DNA of 64,000 bases from Candidatus Uhrbacteria bacterium (lineage in GTDB: Bacteria > Patescibacteriota > Patescibacteriia > UBA9934): positions 71,186 to 135,185 of the forward strand of contig CALRCK010000002.1 of assembly GCA_943354605.1 (NCBI GenBank). Direction: 5' to 3'. Of the stretch, positions 19,340 to 29,024 are shown piece after piece. The translations under genes and the position numbers were made by a program. The notes beneath the pieces are model-generated. The model saw nothing but the letters and a program-made list of their open reading frames with translations. It did not search any database and was not told the origin of the DNA. The first letter of the stretch is position 1; every line of letters starts with the position of its first letter.

Positions 19340-20482
19340 TTAGTATACCAGGGTCGATGCATCGCCAAGCGTCACAGAAATGGTCATCGTTTGGCCAGCG
19401 CGCAACACGGTGCAGCGAGCGACATCACCCGGATCGTACAACGCGAGAATTTCTGCAAGCGACGTTGATTCCGTAATTGATTCCCCGTCAACCGCGAGAA
19501 TAATGTCTTTGCTTGCAAAACCCGCCTCTGCCGCAGGCCCGCCACGCACCGTGGCGTGCACCGACGTATCTGGCGAGAATATCAACGCACCGGCGCGAAG
19601 ATTCTGACGAAGTTCGCTGTCAATATTGTACGCGTGAGCAAGATCGATACTATACGCGCCAAACGCCGCAACCGCATCGGCACCCGTCTTCACCACCGAG
19701 CGAATCGCGTGAAGCGCCTGGTGCAATGGCAATGCGTGAACATCACCAGCGCGAACAAATCCCGCAAGCTCGCCCGCCGCATTCACCATTGGCGAGCTCA
19801 ATGGCGCACTCACGCTCGAAAGCAACCAATCAGTTGTGAATGTTTCGGCGTACTGCGCGCCAGCCAACGTTTCTTCATCACTTTGGGCTACCGCCGTGGG
19901 GAACACTCCCCCAAGCGCGTCAACAGCGAACATCATTTCTCCAGAATGCTCGCCATTCGTGGACGCAAAGCCCAACGGCGAAACACCCGTTGCGGTCGTA
20001 TGCAGCATCACCACACTCGTCTGCGCATCACGAACCACGGTTTGCACTGCATATCGCTTCCCGCTCATCCACACTTCAGCATCTTTCAATGGATTCTTCA
20101 CGCTATCAAGAACACTCGCGTCAATCGCAACCCATCCGTCGTCGCTCACAATCGCGCCGTATCCGAGCGCAGATTCGTCACGAAGCCAGCTCTTTGCCGC
20201 AAAGCTGTCCGTGGTTGCCGGCATCACGGCTGCAACACCAGTTCGTGCACTTCCTCGAACACGCGACAGTGCTTCCTCATACGTTCCGGGGATTGGCGTG
20301 GGCTGTTGTGTGGAGACTTGCGGTAAACGACGATCCGCCAACAGCGATGCTGCGTAGTCATCGAGCGACCGCGACGTCCATACCGCGGTAACAACACCCG
20401 CACCAGCGCCAGCAACAATCGCGAGAAGAAGAGATCGACCAATTCCCCACCACCAGCCCGAAGAAGTTTGCGATGTCGTCAT
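19340..20482 (-). CDS. HtrA/DegP-like PDZ protein with degenerate protease site
   Basis: GYGAIVSDDGWV; C-terminal PDZ (GGPAAEAGFASKDIILAVDG); TNxHV and GNSGG motifs absent. Confidence 0.75.
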   Translation of the reverse strand: MTTSQTSSGWWWGIGRSLLLAIVAGAGAGVVTAVWTSRSLDDYAASLLADRRLPQVSTQQPTPIPGTYEEALSRVRGSARTGVAAVMPATTDSFAAKSWLRDESALGYGAIVSDDGWVAIDASVLDSVKNPLKDAEVWMSGKRYAVQTVVRDAQTSVVMLHTTATGVSPLGFASTNGEHSGEMMFAVDALGGVFPTAVAQSDEETLAGAQYAETFTTDWLLSSVSAPLSSPMVNAAGELAGFVRAGDVHALPLHQALHAIRSVVKTGADAVAAFGAYSIDLAHAYNIDSELRQNLRAGALIFSPDTSVHATVRGGPAAEAGFASKDIILAVDGESITESTSLAEILALYDPGDVARCTVLRAGQTMTISVTLGDASTLVY

Positions 20483-20490
20483 AAAAAAAA

Positions 20491-21255
20491 TTAGAGCCAG
20501 CGGGCAGATCCCAAAATAATCATCAGCAGCACTCCGGCAAACGCCAACGTCCGTAGCACCATCGTTTTCGATAACCGCTCCAACACATTTGCGCGAGACA
20601 ACACGAGGAATGTGTACAAGAGTACTGCGAACGTCGCGGCATTCGTGACGAAACTCGTTGGCCACGTGGAAAGCACGCTATACAGCTCCGCCATGATCAA
20701 TGCGCCCACAATGGCATACGGCCGTCCGGTTTCAAATCCAATTTTACTCACCCAAAACACCGAAACCGTTGCAAGAAGCACCGCAACAAACACCACCACC
20801 ATCGGAATCCACACCGGCAGCAGCAAGAACAATTGAGAGCCGAATGCGCCGCTCGTAAAAAAGAACGCACTCAACACGTACAACACGAGTGACAAATTCT
20901 CGAGTGCATACGCCTGGTACGCACTGGGCAAATGATAAAACGTAAAGACATTTTCCGCGTACAACGCCACGCCAAACGTCACCGTGGTTGCAATAACCCA
21001 TTTACTCACCGGATCCTCAAGAAATGAAAAGAAGATGAGCGACGAAAACCACAACAGCATTGGTGTACCAAGAAACACCCAAAATGCCGGACGGCGAAAT
21101 TCCCACAACAACAAACGCGCAAACGAAAACATGAGAATCGCTGCGGCAGGAAGAAGCGCCTTCATGCCAAAGAACGGCGAATAAATCAGCGACGCGAATG
21201 CCGCGATACTCACGAGGGCAATGCCAAATGGCGTGATGCGATGAACAAGAATCAC
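20491..21255 (-). CDS. Hypothetical polytopic membrane protein
   Basis: About eight hydrophobic segments; GTG start overlapping the upstream stop is inferred. Confidence 0.7.
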   Translation of the reverse strand: MILVHRITPFGIALVSIAAFASLIYSPFFGMKALLPAAAILMFSFARLLLWEFRRPAFWVFLGTPMLLWFSSLIFFSFLEDPVSKWVIATTVTFGVALYAENVFTFYHLPSAYQAYALENLSLVLYVLSAFFFTSGAFGSQLFLLLPVWIPMVVVFVAVLLATVSVFWVSKIGFETGRPYAIVGALIMAELYSVLSTWPTSFVTNAATFAVLLYTFLVLSRANVLERLSKTMVLRTLAFAGVLLMIILGSARWL

Positions 21256-21653
21256 AGAGCAAACCAAGAATACTGTGCGTGAAGCGCATTGAATCGCGCC
21301 ATCGCGTCGTCCGTACCTGCAGAACTTCCGTCGGCAAGCTTTCCTAACGCAATAATGCAATCAATATGAAATTGTTGCATCGACGACGGCACGTGGAGCG
21401 CGATGAGCGCGTTGTACGCCTCGGTGGGATTCTGATTCGTGTCGTATGTTGCAAAGATCGACGTCACCGCAGACTTGTATCCGTCTTCCGTCACAACAGA
21501 AGCTGTCGATGACGCGTCGTCTCCTCCGCCCTGTATGAACGCCGCAAAGTCTCCGGGGCGGAACTTCGCATAAAACGCGATTGCAAGAACAATCGTTAAC
21601 CCAGCAACAATCACCGGGAACCAATTACGCTGCGATGACATGTCTTCGTTCAT
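21252..21653 (-). CDS. Hypothetical single-TM protein
   Basis: Overlaps both neighbours in an operon. Confidence 0.7.
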   Translation of the reverse strand: MNEDMSSQRNWFPVIVAGLTIVLAIAFYAKFRPGDFAAFIQGGGDDASSTASVVTEDGYKSAVTSIFATYDTNQNPTEAYNALIALHVPSSMQQFHIDCIIALGKLADGSSAGTDDAMARFNALHAQYSWFAL

Positions 21654-22711
21654 AAAATATCGTTAACACGTTCTTTTCGATGAAAAATATCATCCATAAA
21701 CACGAGAATCGCCATAGAAAGCGGAATGGAAAGAACAGCACCAACAATACCGCCCACACGCCAACCAATCAACACCGCAAGCACACTCACAATAGGATTG
21801 ATACCCGCAACTTTCTGCATGATTTTTGGCACAAGAATATTTCCTTCAATCTGTTGAATGACGAGATATGCGAATGCCGTGAGCAACGCATGCACTGGCG
21901 ACACCGCAAGTGCAAGAACAATTGCGGGAATTGCAGACACCATCGGACCAACAAACGGGATAATTTCAAGCAAACCAGCGAAGAGTGCAAGAACGAGCGC
22001 GTATGGAATGCCAAGAATCGAGAGCGCACCGTAAATCAGCACAAAAATCGATCCCATGAGCGCGAGTTGACCACGAAGCCATACACCCATTTGTTCACGA
22101 GCCTTCAGCGCAATGTGCATCACAAACGGCTGATACTCCGGTGGAGCAACGATACCAATGCCACGAATCATCTCGTTTTTCTCAACAACGAAGTAAAACG
22201 CGAGGATCAACACCACACCAACACTCAATGCAACGTCGAATGCCGACGATCCGAACGCAGCAATCTTTGGAAGCGCTCCAGCAACACCGCTGTCGCGAAT
22301 GGACGACACAATTTCGCCGACGTTTGAACTCCATGTGCCAGCAAGAAACGCATCCACCTGAAGCCATCCATTCGCACCAGCAACAAACGGTGAGAGTGCC
22401 GTCGCGAGTTCACTTAATTCTGTGAGCAATGGCGGGACAATAAGGAGCACGACAAGGACGAAAAATGAGAAGCCGAGCAAATACACGACGAGCACCGCGA
22501 GCGCGCGAGGAATTTTCCATCGCGTAAAAATATCCGCGAACGGATCGATAAGCGTTGCAAGAAATACCGCAACGAGCGTCATCGCTACCACGTCGCGAAT
22601 CATGTACAAAAACGCCGCAACCGCCGCAATAATCAACACCCGGAACATGGTTCCGCTCGAAATGGCAATCGATTTTACGCCTGAAACACCCTCAGCTTTC
22701 CGTGTAGTCAT
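21650..22711 (-). CDS. AI-2E family transporter
   Basis: LEIIPFVGP, QQIEGNILVPKIM, GGIVGAVLSIPL motifs. Confidence 0.9.
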   Translation of the reverse strand: MTTRKAEGVSGVKSIAISSGTMFRVLIIAAVAAFLYMIRDVVAMTLVAVFLATLIDPFADIFTRWKIPRALAVLVVYLLGFSFFVLVVLLIVPPLLTELSELATALSPFVAGANGWLQVDAFLAGTWSSNVGEIVSSIRDSGVAGALPKIAAFGSSAFDVALSVGVVLILAFYFVVEKNEMIRGIGIVAPPEYQPFVMHIALKAREQMGVWLRGQLALMGSIFVLIYGALSILGIPYALVLALFAGLLEIIPFVGPMVSAIPAIVLALAVSPVHALLTAFAYLVIQQIEGNILVPKIMQKVAGINPIVSVLAVLIGWRVGGIVGAVLSIPLSMAILVFMDDIFHRKERVNDIL

Positions 22712-22769
22712 AAATCACCATTAGTGTATCATGATTCAAGCGTCATTATCCGTCCAAAAATCATATTCA

Positions 22770-22849
22770 GTCATTCTGAGCGAAGCGAAGAATCTCGTGT
22801 AGGTTATCCGGATCACCTGCGAGAGATCCTTCACTTCGTTCAGGATGAC
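22770..22849. repeat. GTCATTCTGAGCGAAGCGAAGAATCT REP-like doublet, copy 2
   Basis: Same left arm as 10458; imperfect right arm. Confidence 0.8.
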
Positions 22850-22871
22850 TCAAGCGGATGCAACTATTCAT

Positions 22872-23309
22872 ATGTCTCTAGCCCAGAATAAAAAAGCCTT
22901 CCACGATTACGAGATCCTCGAGAAATTCGAGGCAGGCTTAGTGCTCACTGGCGCAGAAACAAAAGCCGCGAAAGCTGGAAGTGTAAACTTGAAAGGCGCG
23001 TTCGTGACGGTGCGCGCCGACGAAGCGTACATCACGAACATGCACATTGGGCAATACGCAAAAGCACCGGTAAAAGATTCTGATGATCCTACCCGCACTC
23101 GCAAGCTGCTCCTGCACAAACGCCAGATCAATTATCTGCGAGCAAAGCGCGAAGCGGATCGCCTCACCATTATCCCGCTTGCCCTCTTTGTTACCCGAAA
23201 CAGAGTAAAACTCGAGATTGCACTGGCACGAGGAAAACGCAAATACGAGAAACGCGACACCATCAAGAAGCGCGACCTCGATCGGGCGATGCAGCGCGAT
23301 CTTGAGTAA
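22872..23309 (+). CDS. smpB: SsrA-binding protein
   Basis: NKKAFHDYEILEKFEAGLVLTG; RTRKLLLHK; adjacent to tmRNA. Confidence 0.97.
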   Translation: MSLAQNKKAFHDYEILEKFEAGLVLTGAETKAAKAGSVNLKGAFVTVRADEAYITNMHIGQYAKAPVKDSDDPTRTRKLLLHKRQINYLRAKREADRLTIIPLALFVTRNRVKLEIALARGKRKYEKRDTIKKRDLDRAMQRDLE

Positions 23310-23347
23310 TCGTTTACAAACGATCAAAAAAATGCTAATATTTGCGC

Positions 23348-23746
23348 GGGCCTGACGGGCTTCGATGCTCTTCGGATCCTCACAAATCACGCCGGAAGGG
23401 CACCATATTCCGAAATCCCGTGGTGCAACGAGATACTTGCAAACGCATTCTCAAAGGTGAAGGCAGCTATCGCTTCGGCGTTCAGCGTTCCTTCATTCTC
23501 ATTGGTTACCGCCTAAGGGCCGCAACCCATCCACTTCGCAATGCCTCATAGCGGATGTTGGGTGCAATATTATGAGACTATAGGCGTTCTCTTGTTCGCT
23601 CAGAGAACGTAACCCGTTGCAGCGAAATCGTTATGATGATTCTTGTTCCGTCTTATCGTCATGCCGTATCCGACGGAACTGCGCGTGGAATAAATTTGTT
23701 TGGTGATGTGGGGTAGACGGGAGTTCAACTCTCCCCAGGTCCACCA
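23348..23746 (+). ncRNA. ssrA: tmRNA
   Basis: 5' GGGCCTG pairs with CAGGTCC-ACCA (G3.U70); T-arm gggagttcaactctccc; tag ORF 23439-23516 ANAFSKVKAAIASAFSVPSFSLVTA*. Confidence 0.93.
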
Positions 23747-23870
23747 GAAAACCCCGTAATTTCGTCCAGGACGTTGTCAGAAAACTCCGCGTTGCCTCAA
23801 CGTACCACGACGTACGTCTCGGCGACTGCTCGTTTTCTTCCTAGTCCTGAACAAAATTACGGGGTTTTCT
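23746..23870 (-). repeat. ~125-bp palindromic element, copy 4 (divergent), abutting the tmRNA CCA end
   Basis: ctcaacgtac-cacgac-gtacgtctc core; arms agaaaaccccgtaattt / aaattacggggttttct. Confidence 0.75.
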
Positions 23871-23947
23871 CATCATATCGCTCCCATCAGCTCCTTCCCT
23901 TTTTTCGAATCTTAAGCTATCCTTTCAGCAACTTTAACCCTACTGCC

Positions 23948-24505
23948 ATGCGCATTCACCGCCATCGTCGGTTCCAGAAACCGAAGTTCGAAATTCAGGA
24001 ATATAAGGCAAACCACAATATTCTCGCCCCGGAAGTGCGAGTTATTGACGACGAAGGCGCCGCACTCGGTGTAATGACGACCACGAAGGCGATTAGCCTT
24101 GCCCAGGAGAAAGGCATGGATCTTATTGAGGTTTCGCCATTGGCCGAGCCACCAGTCTGTAAGTTTGCCGACTACAGCCACTTCAAATACCAAAAGGAAA
24201 AGGAGATGCGAAAGCAGCGCGCCCAAAGCAAAGAGGTGGAAATCAAGGGTATTCGCCTTTCCATGCGCATCGGCTCCGGCGACCTGCAGATCCGCGTGGA
24301 ACAGGCCGCGAAATTCTTTGAACAAGGCGATAAAGTAAAAGTGGAAATGATCCTTCGTGGCCGCGAACGCGCCCATGGCGACGTGGCTCGAGCCGTCTTT
24401 GATGAATTTGTGAAGCAGCTCGGAACCCATTACCCAATTCGCGTTGAAAGCCCATTAAAGGCCGTGGACGGAAGGATGAACATGATTTTAGCTCGACAGA
24501 CCTAA
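23948..24505 (+). CDS. infC: Translation initiation factor IF-3
   Basis: EVRVIDDEG, DLIEVSP..PPVCK, GDKVKVEMILRGRE. Confidence 0.95.
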   Translation: MRIHRHRRFQKPKFEIQEYKANHNILAPEVRVIDDEGAALGVMTTTKAISLAQEKGMDLIEVSPLAEPPVCKFADYSHFKYQKEKEMRKQRAQSKEVEIKGIRLSMRIGSGDLQIRVEQAAKFFEQGDKVKVEMILRGRERAHGDVARAVFDEFVKQLGTHYPIRVESPLKAVDGRMNMILARQT

Positions 24506-24575
24506 AATCTTCCCCACTTGTCCTTGACCGAACGCCAGTTTTCCACTAACCTTCGCACATCTTAGAAACACCAGT

Positions 24576-24776
24576 ATGGCAATGAAGACCCACAAAGCGA
24601 TGTCCAAGCGCGTTCGAATCACCCGAACGGGCAAAGTCGTGAAGCGAAAAGCTGGCCAAGGCCACTTCAATTCCCGCGAATCCGGCAACACCACGCGCAA
24701 CAAGCGCACCGACGTCTCCTTTGGCGTCACCATCCGTCGCGCCCTTAAAGCGATGATGCCATATAACTTGACCTAA
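24576..24776 (+). CDS. rpmI: 50S ribosomal protein L35
   Basis: MKTHKAMSKRVRITRTGK; synteny with infC and rplT. Confidence 0.93.
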   Translation: MAMKTHKAMSKRVRITRTGKVVKRKAGQGHFNSRESGNTTRNKRTDVSFGVTIRRALKAMMPYNLT

Positions 24777-24902
24777 AAAACTTCGCTCTTTGGCCGATTT
24801 TCGACTCAGATCATCGGAAACTTCCTCAACGTACATATGAGGTACGCCTCGGAAGCTTTCCTCGATCTTCGTCGAAACTCGTCTCAAATATCAAAGTTTT
24901 TA
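24774..24902 (-). repeat. ~125-bp palindromic element, copy 5 (fills the rpmI-rplT spacer)
   Basis: ggaaacttcctcaacgtac-atatgag-gtacgcctcggaagctttcc. Confidence 0.85.
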
Positions 24903-24915
24903 TCAATTCTCTCCT

Positions 24916-25260
24916 ATGCCACGCGTCAAACGAGGTACCCAACACACAAAACGCCGAAAGAACCTGCTTGCTCGCGTAAAAGGCTATAAGTGGGGCCGCA
25001 AGAGCAAGATCCGTCTTGCCCGCCCGGCAATGCTCAAGGCTGGTGTATACGCATTCCGCGACCGCCGTGCCAAGAAGCGCACCTTCCGCGCCCTTTGGAC
25101 GGTAAAGATCAACGCAGCAGTGCACGAACTCGGCCTGAGCTACTCCCGGCTCATCAACATGCTCAAGGTGTCCAATATCGCCATCGACCGCAAGATTCTT
25201 GCCCAGGTTGCAGAAAAGCACCCAGAAGTGTTCGCAAAGATTGTTGCAGCAGCAAAATAA
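24916..25260 (+). CDS. rplT: 50S ribosomal protein L20
   Basis: MPRVKRG; YAFRDRRAKKRTFRALW; IDRKILA. Confidence 0.97.
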   Translation: MPRVKRGTQHTKRRKNLLARVKGYKWGRKSKIRLARPAMLKAGVYAFRDRRAKKRTFRALWTVKINAAVHELGLSYSRLINMLKVSNIAIDRKILAQVAEKHPEVFAKIVAAAK

Positions 25261-25311
25261 GCCCAAAAATCACCCCCGAACCGTCGGAGGTGATTTTTTG
25301 TTCATTGAATA

Positions 25312-25340
25312 TTGACTTTTCCGCGTATTTCTGATATCCT
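25312..25340 (+). promoter_or_regulatory. Putative sigma70 promoter
   Basis: TTGACT-17-TATCCT just after the rplT terminator hairpin (25265-25299). Confidence 0.55.
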
Positions 25341-25474
25341 TTCACGTCATGCGAAATTGTGTGAGTCCGGGTTTTTGAACGGCGAAGTTCCCTTCGCCCT
25401 TCCAAGCCCCGGATTCCCGGGCACCGCCGCAAACCAGCCACTCGGCTGACCGGCACCCCTCCCTGGAGACTCGC

Positions 25475-25993
25475 ATGAAGCGCCTCGTTCTGTCCCTCGC
25501 CCTCATCGCCGCCGGCTGCGCCAACACGCAGTCCGGCTCCACCTCCACCACCAGCCCCCTCGCCGCGACCTGCGACGTGCCGGCGGACACCACGCTCAGC
25601 ACGTTCAACGCGGACGGCACCTTCCCGGTGACCGGTCGCGGCGTCTCGGCCGACGGCTCCATGGCGGTCAACCTGTGCGACGGCCCCGTGTTCCGGGTGC
25701 TGTTCGTGGAGGGCATGATCGCGGGCGACGCCGCCCAGCACCAGGGCGGCCTCTTCACCGACGGCCAGAACCACCTGGTGCACCACGACGACCTGATCAC
25801 CACCTCCACGACCCCGGTCGCGGCGGACGGTGGTCTCGACGGCGTGAAGGTGACCTGCTTCAAGGGGGTCAACTGCAAGGACGCCCCCGACGAGCCGGCC
25901 CCGGCCGCCGAGGACGCCGTCAGCAACACGCCCGCCGCCCAGGCCGCCGAGCCGCAGGCCGCCACCACGGTCGCGCCCCCGCCGCACCCGTAG
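25475..25993 (+). CDS. High-GC hypothetical lipoprotein
   Basis: MKRLVLSLALIAAGC lipobox; SD GGAG; almost only G/C at third positions. Confidence 0.8.
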   Translation: MKRLVLSLALIAAGCANTQSGSTSTTSPLAATCDVPADTTLSTFNADGTFPVTGRGVSADGSMAVNLCDGPVFRVLFVEGMIAGDAAQHQGGLFTDGQNHLVHHDDLITTSTTPVAADGGLDGVKVTCFKGVNCKDAPDEPAPAAEDAVSNTPAAQAAEPQAATTVAPPPHP

Positions 25994-26135
25994 CAGGGAC
26001 ACGACGCCACCGGTAGTTTTCCAACGCGGCAGCTACCACGCGATGCCCGACTCCCCCACCATAGGGAGCCGGGCATCTGCAATTTTAGAAATACTTTTCA
26101 AAAGAAAAAGTCCTCACCGAAGTGAGAACCTTTTC

Positions 26136-26321
26136 TGGCGGGACGGACGGGACTCGGCCTCGCCTCGAGGGTCGTCGACACTCCCCTCGGGCTGGCCACC
26201 GCCTCGCGATTCCGACTGGTGTCGGAATAACGCTCCGGCGTTCTCGTCCCGACGCGAGCAAAATTGTTTGCTCGCTTCCGCCCGCACACGAAAACACGAC
26301 CCGATGTGGGTCGTGTTTTCG
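26136..26321 (-). other. Structured insert ending in a duplicate of the tRNA-Asp 3' end
   Basis: 21-bp exact direct repeat tggcgggacggacgggactcg at 26136-26156 and 26322-26342. Confidence 0.7.
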
Positions 26322-26398
26322 TGGCGGGACGGACGGGACTCGAACCCGCAACCTCTGCCGTGACAGGGCAGCGCTCTAACCAGTTGAGCTACCGACCC
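26322..26398 (-). tRNA. tRNA-Asp(GTC)
   Basis: Cloverleaf with anticodon GTC and encoded CCA; U-U mismatch at 4:69. Confidence 0.95.
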
Positions 26399-26401
26399 AG
26401 G

Positions 26402-26526
26402 GTGAACGTCCCTATTTGGGGTATTTTCGGCTTGCTGCGTCAAAAATTTGCTCACCGTACCAAGAAAGTACGCCTCGCAAATTTTCTCCTAGCGCACCGA
26501 AACTACCCGCAAATATGAACGTTCAC
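26402..26526 (-). repeat. ~125-bp palindromic element, copy 6 (just 5' of tRNA-Asp)
   Basis: Arms gtgaacgt..tatttg / caaata..acgttcac; core ctcaccgtac-caagaaa-gtacgcctc. Confidence 0.85.
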
Positions 26527-26601
26527 AGAAATTCCTGAGCGCGAGTATAGTACCACGCAGAATTTTTTTGACAAGGACGGGGACTGTGCGAAAATGCAGA
26601 T

Positions 26602-27591
26602 ATGGAACCGTCGAAACATCCTGCAATATTCATTATTGTGCTCATCGCGCTGGGCATTGGAATTGGCGTCACCATTTCTTGGCTCCTTTTCCGGCCAAAC
26701 GCCATTGACACCGGGCATACGTTACGCTTAACCGACCCCAACTACCCGCTCATCAAACCGCTCCTGGCGTGCAACATCGATAGCACAACACCAACAAAAA
26801 CGCTCGACCCATTACAATCATCGCTTCAAGACGCGGTGGATCGCGCGACTGCCGCAGGAGACATCACTCGTGCAGGAATCTATATACGAAAACTCTCCGA
26901 TGGCACCTGGACCGCAGTACACGGCGACGACGAATACAGTCCCGCAAGTCTCATGAAAATCGTGACACTCTTCGTGTATCTTCACGATGCGGACAATGAT
27001 CCTTCCGTCCTTGATCGCGTTCTTGTTGTCGATCCAACCATCAACACGGGGACGCAAAATATCATCCCAACATCAACAGCCATTCCAGGAAAACGCTACA
27101 CCGTCAATGAGCTCCTCCGATACATGATTGTGAATTCAGACAACGTCGCAACGCTTACGTTGGTACACAATACGCAAAACGATGAACTGAATACACTGTT
27201 AAATGATTTGGAAATTCCCGGATATTTAGACGAAGAAAATTTCACCATATCCCCAAGACACTACTCTCGATTTCTCCGCATTCTGTACAACAGCACTTTG
27301 CTGAGCGAAAAATCCTCAGAATTTGCCTTGGAATTGCTCGCGGCGAGCGACTACCGTGATGCGCTCGTCCAAGGAATTGCCCCACAAGAAACCACTGCTC
27401 ACAAATTTGGCGAACGTGGCATCACAAATGCTGACGGTTCAAAATCGTATCAACTCCACGACTGCGGAATTGTCTATGCACTAGAGCCGTATATGCTATG
27501 CATCATGACCGAAGGGAACGACCTACCCACGCTCGCGAACACCATTGCCTCGTTCACGACGATCGTTGATACATTCATCAATACCTACTGA
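26602..27591 (+). CDS. Class A beta-lactamase-related serine hydrolase (paralog 1)
   Basis: PASLMK, SDN, AHKFG, HDCGIVY; N-terminal TM. Confidence 0.85.
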   Translation: MEPSKHPAIFIIVLIALGIGIGVTISWLLFRPNAIDTGHTLRLTDPNYPLIKPLLACNIDSTTPTKTLDPLQSSLQDAVDRATAAGDITRAGIYIRKLSDGTWTAVHGDDEYSPASLMKIVTLFVYLHDADNDPSVLDRVLVVDPTINTGTQNIIPTSTAIPGKRYTVNELLRYMIVNSDNVATLTLVHNTQNDELNTLLNDLEIPGYLDEENFTISPRHYSRFLRILYNSTLLSEKSSEFALELLAASDYRDALVQGIAPQETTAHKFGERGITNADGSKSYQLHDCGIVYALEPYMLCIMTEGNDLPTLANTIASFTTIVDTFINTY

Positions 27592-27648
27592 TGTGCGTCC
27601 CGCGGGGATCTCATAGAAAAAATGTTAAATCACTGCAAAAATACAGCC

Positions 27649-28641
27649 ATGATTTCAACACGACACACTGTACTCATCGTTTGTACAACAGCAATATTCG
27701 GCTTTTGTTTTGGTGTTGGAGCCAGTTTGTGGTTCTCCTCTTTAACAAGCGCCGACAAAACTGGTCACACGCTTCGGATTAAAAATCTGAGCTATCCCCT
27801 CATCAAACCCCTCCTTGCCTGCAATATCGACGCACAAACTCCTACACCCGCCTTGAACGACCTTCAATCACTACTTAAAAAAGCCATCGACACTGCAACA
27901 GAAAGCGGTAACATCGCCAAAGCAGGAATATATATTCGTGATTTGGACGACGGGTCATGGACGTCGGTGAATGGCGATGATCGGTACACTCCCGCGAGCC
28001 TCATGAAAATCGTGACGCTGATGGGATATTTAAACGAAGCCGAAAACAATCCATCGATCCTTCAAAACAGGCTCACAGTGGATCCGGATCTCGACGTCAC
28101 AAAACAAAATATCATTCCCGCACTCTCGGCCGAGCCAGGAAAAGAATACACCGTCGCGGAGCTTCTCCAGATGATGATTGCGTATTCAGACAATACCGCT
28201 TCACACACGCTTATTGAACATATGAGAGCTGAATCACTGAACGGTCTTCTTGACGTTTTGGAAATTCCAACATTTGCGGACGAAGCGCATTATACAATCT
28301 CGCCGCGCCTCTACTCACGGCTCCTGAGAATTCTTTACAATAGCACACTACTGACGGCCTCAGATTCCGAACGTGCACTCGAACTTCTCGCACAAACCGA
28401 TTATCGCGAAGCACTCGTCAAAGGCGTAGATGCCTCAGAAACCGTCGCACACAAATTTGGCGATGTCACACTCCTCAACTCCGACGGAACAACGTCCTAC
28501 CAACACCATGATTGCGGGATTGTTTATGCAACACATCCATACGTTATCTGCATCATGACCGAAGGGAACGACTTACCAACGCTCGCGAACACCATTGCCT
28601 CGTTCACGACGATCGTTGATACGTTTATGAACGATCGGTAA
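27649..28641 (+). CDS. Class A beta-lactamase-related serine hydrolase (paralog 2)
   Basis: Same motifs; tandem duplicate. Confidence 0.85.
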   Translation: MISTRHTVLIVCTTAIFGFCFGVGASLWFSSLTSADKTGHTLRIKNLSYPLIKPLLACNIDAQTPTPALNDLQSLLKKAIDTATESGNIAKAGIYIRDLDDGSWTSVNGDDRYTPASLMKIVTLMGYLNEAENNPSILQNRLTVDPDLDVTKQNIIPALSAEPGKEYTVAELLQMMIAYSDNTASHTLIEHMRAESLNGLLDVLEIPTFADEAHYTISPRLYSRLLRILYNSTLLTASDSERALELLAQTDYREALVKGVDASETVAHKFGDVTLLNSDGTTSYQHHDCGIVYATHPYVICIMTEGNDLPTLANTIASFTTIVDTFMNDR

Positions 28642-28915
28642 AACGCGAACGCCACGTTGGGATATTGTTCCAAAGACGTTGCCAGGAACCCAGTACTCCA
28701 GGGAGCGGCTTCCGAACAATGATAGTTATTGCAGACACAAGGATCAACAAAAGCATCGCAACAAGAGAAACCCCGTCTTGTACCTCTTGTGATACGCCTT
28801 GGGCCTCAAGAATGTTCGAAAGCACACCAATTCCGATCGCTCCAAGAATAATTGGCAGCGCGAATGCACCGGCATACCCATAGCGCTTTGCAAGAAATTT
28901 TCCCAACGAATCCAT
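28625..28915 (-). CDS. Small two-TM hypothetical protein
   Basis: Two hydrophobic segments after MDSLGKF. Confidence 0.5.
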   Translation of the reverse strand: MDSLGKFLAKRYGYAGAFALPIILGAIGIGVLSNILEAQGVSQEVQDGVSLVAMLLLILVSAITIIVRKPLPGVLGSWQRLWNNIPTWRSRFTDRS

Positions 28916-29024
28916 ATACCCGCATTGTACAGCACGACGGCGGCAAAAAGTTTTCCACAGGTCCAAGGGGTGGCGCAATTTTTCCATGTATGCTTTCTCT
29001 AGGATTAATACTTAATCACTTCCT

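Noticed and set aside
26602-28641. Antibiotic-resistance beta-lactamases
   Set aside because: Non-canonical HKFG motif, membrane anchors and no clear omega-loop ExxLN; only family-level similarity.
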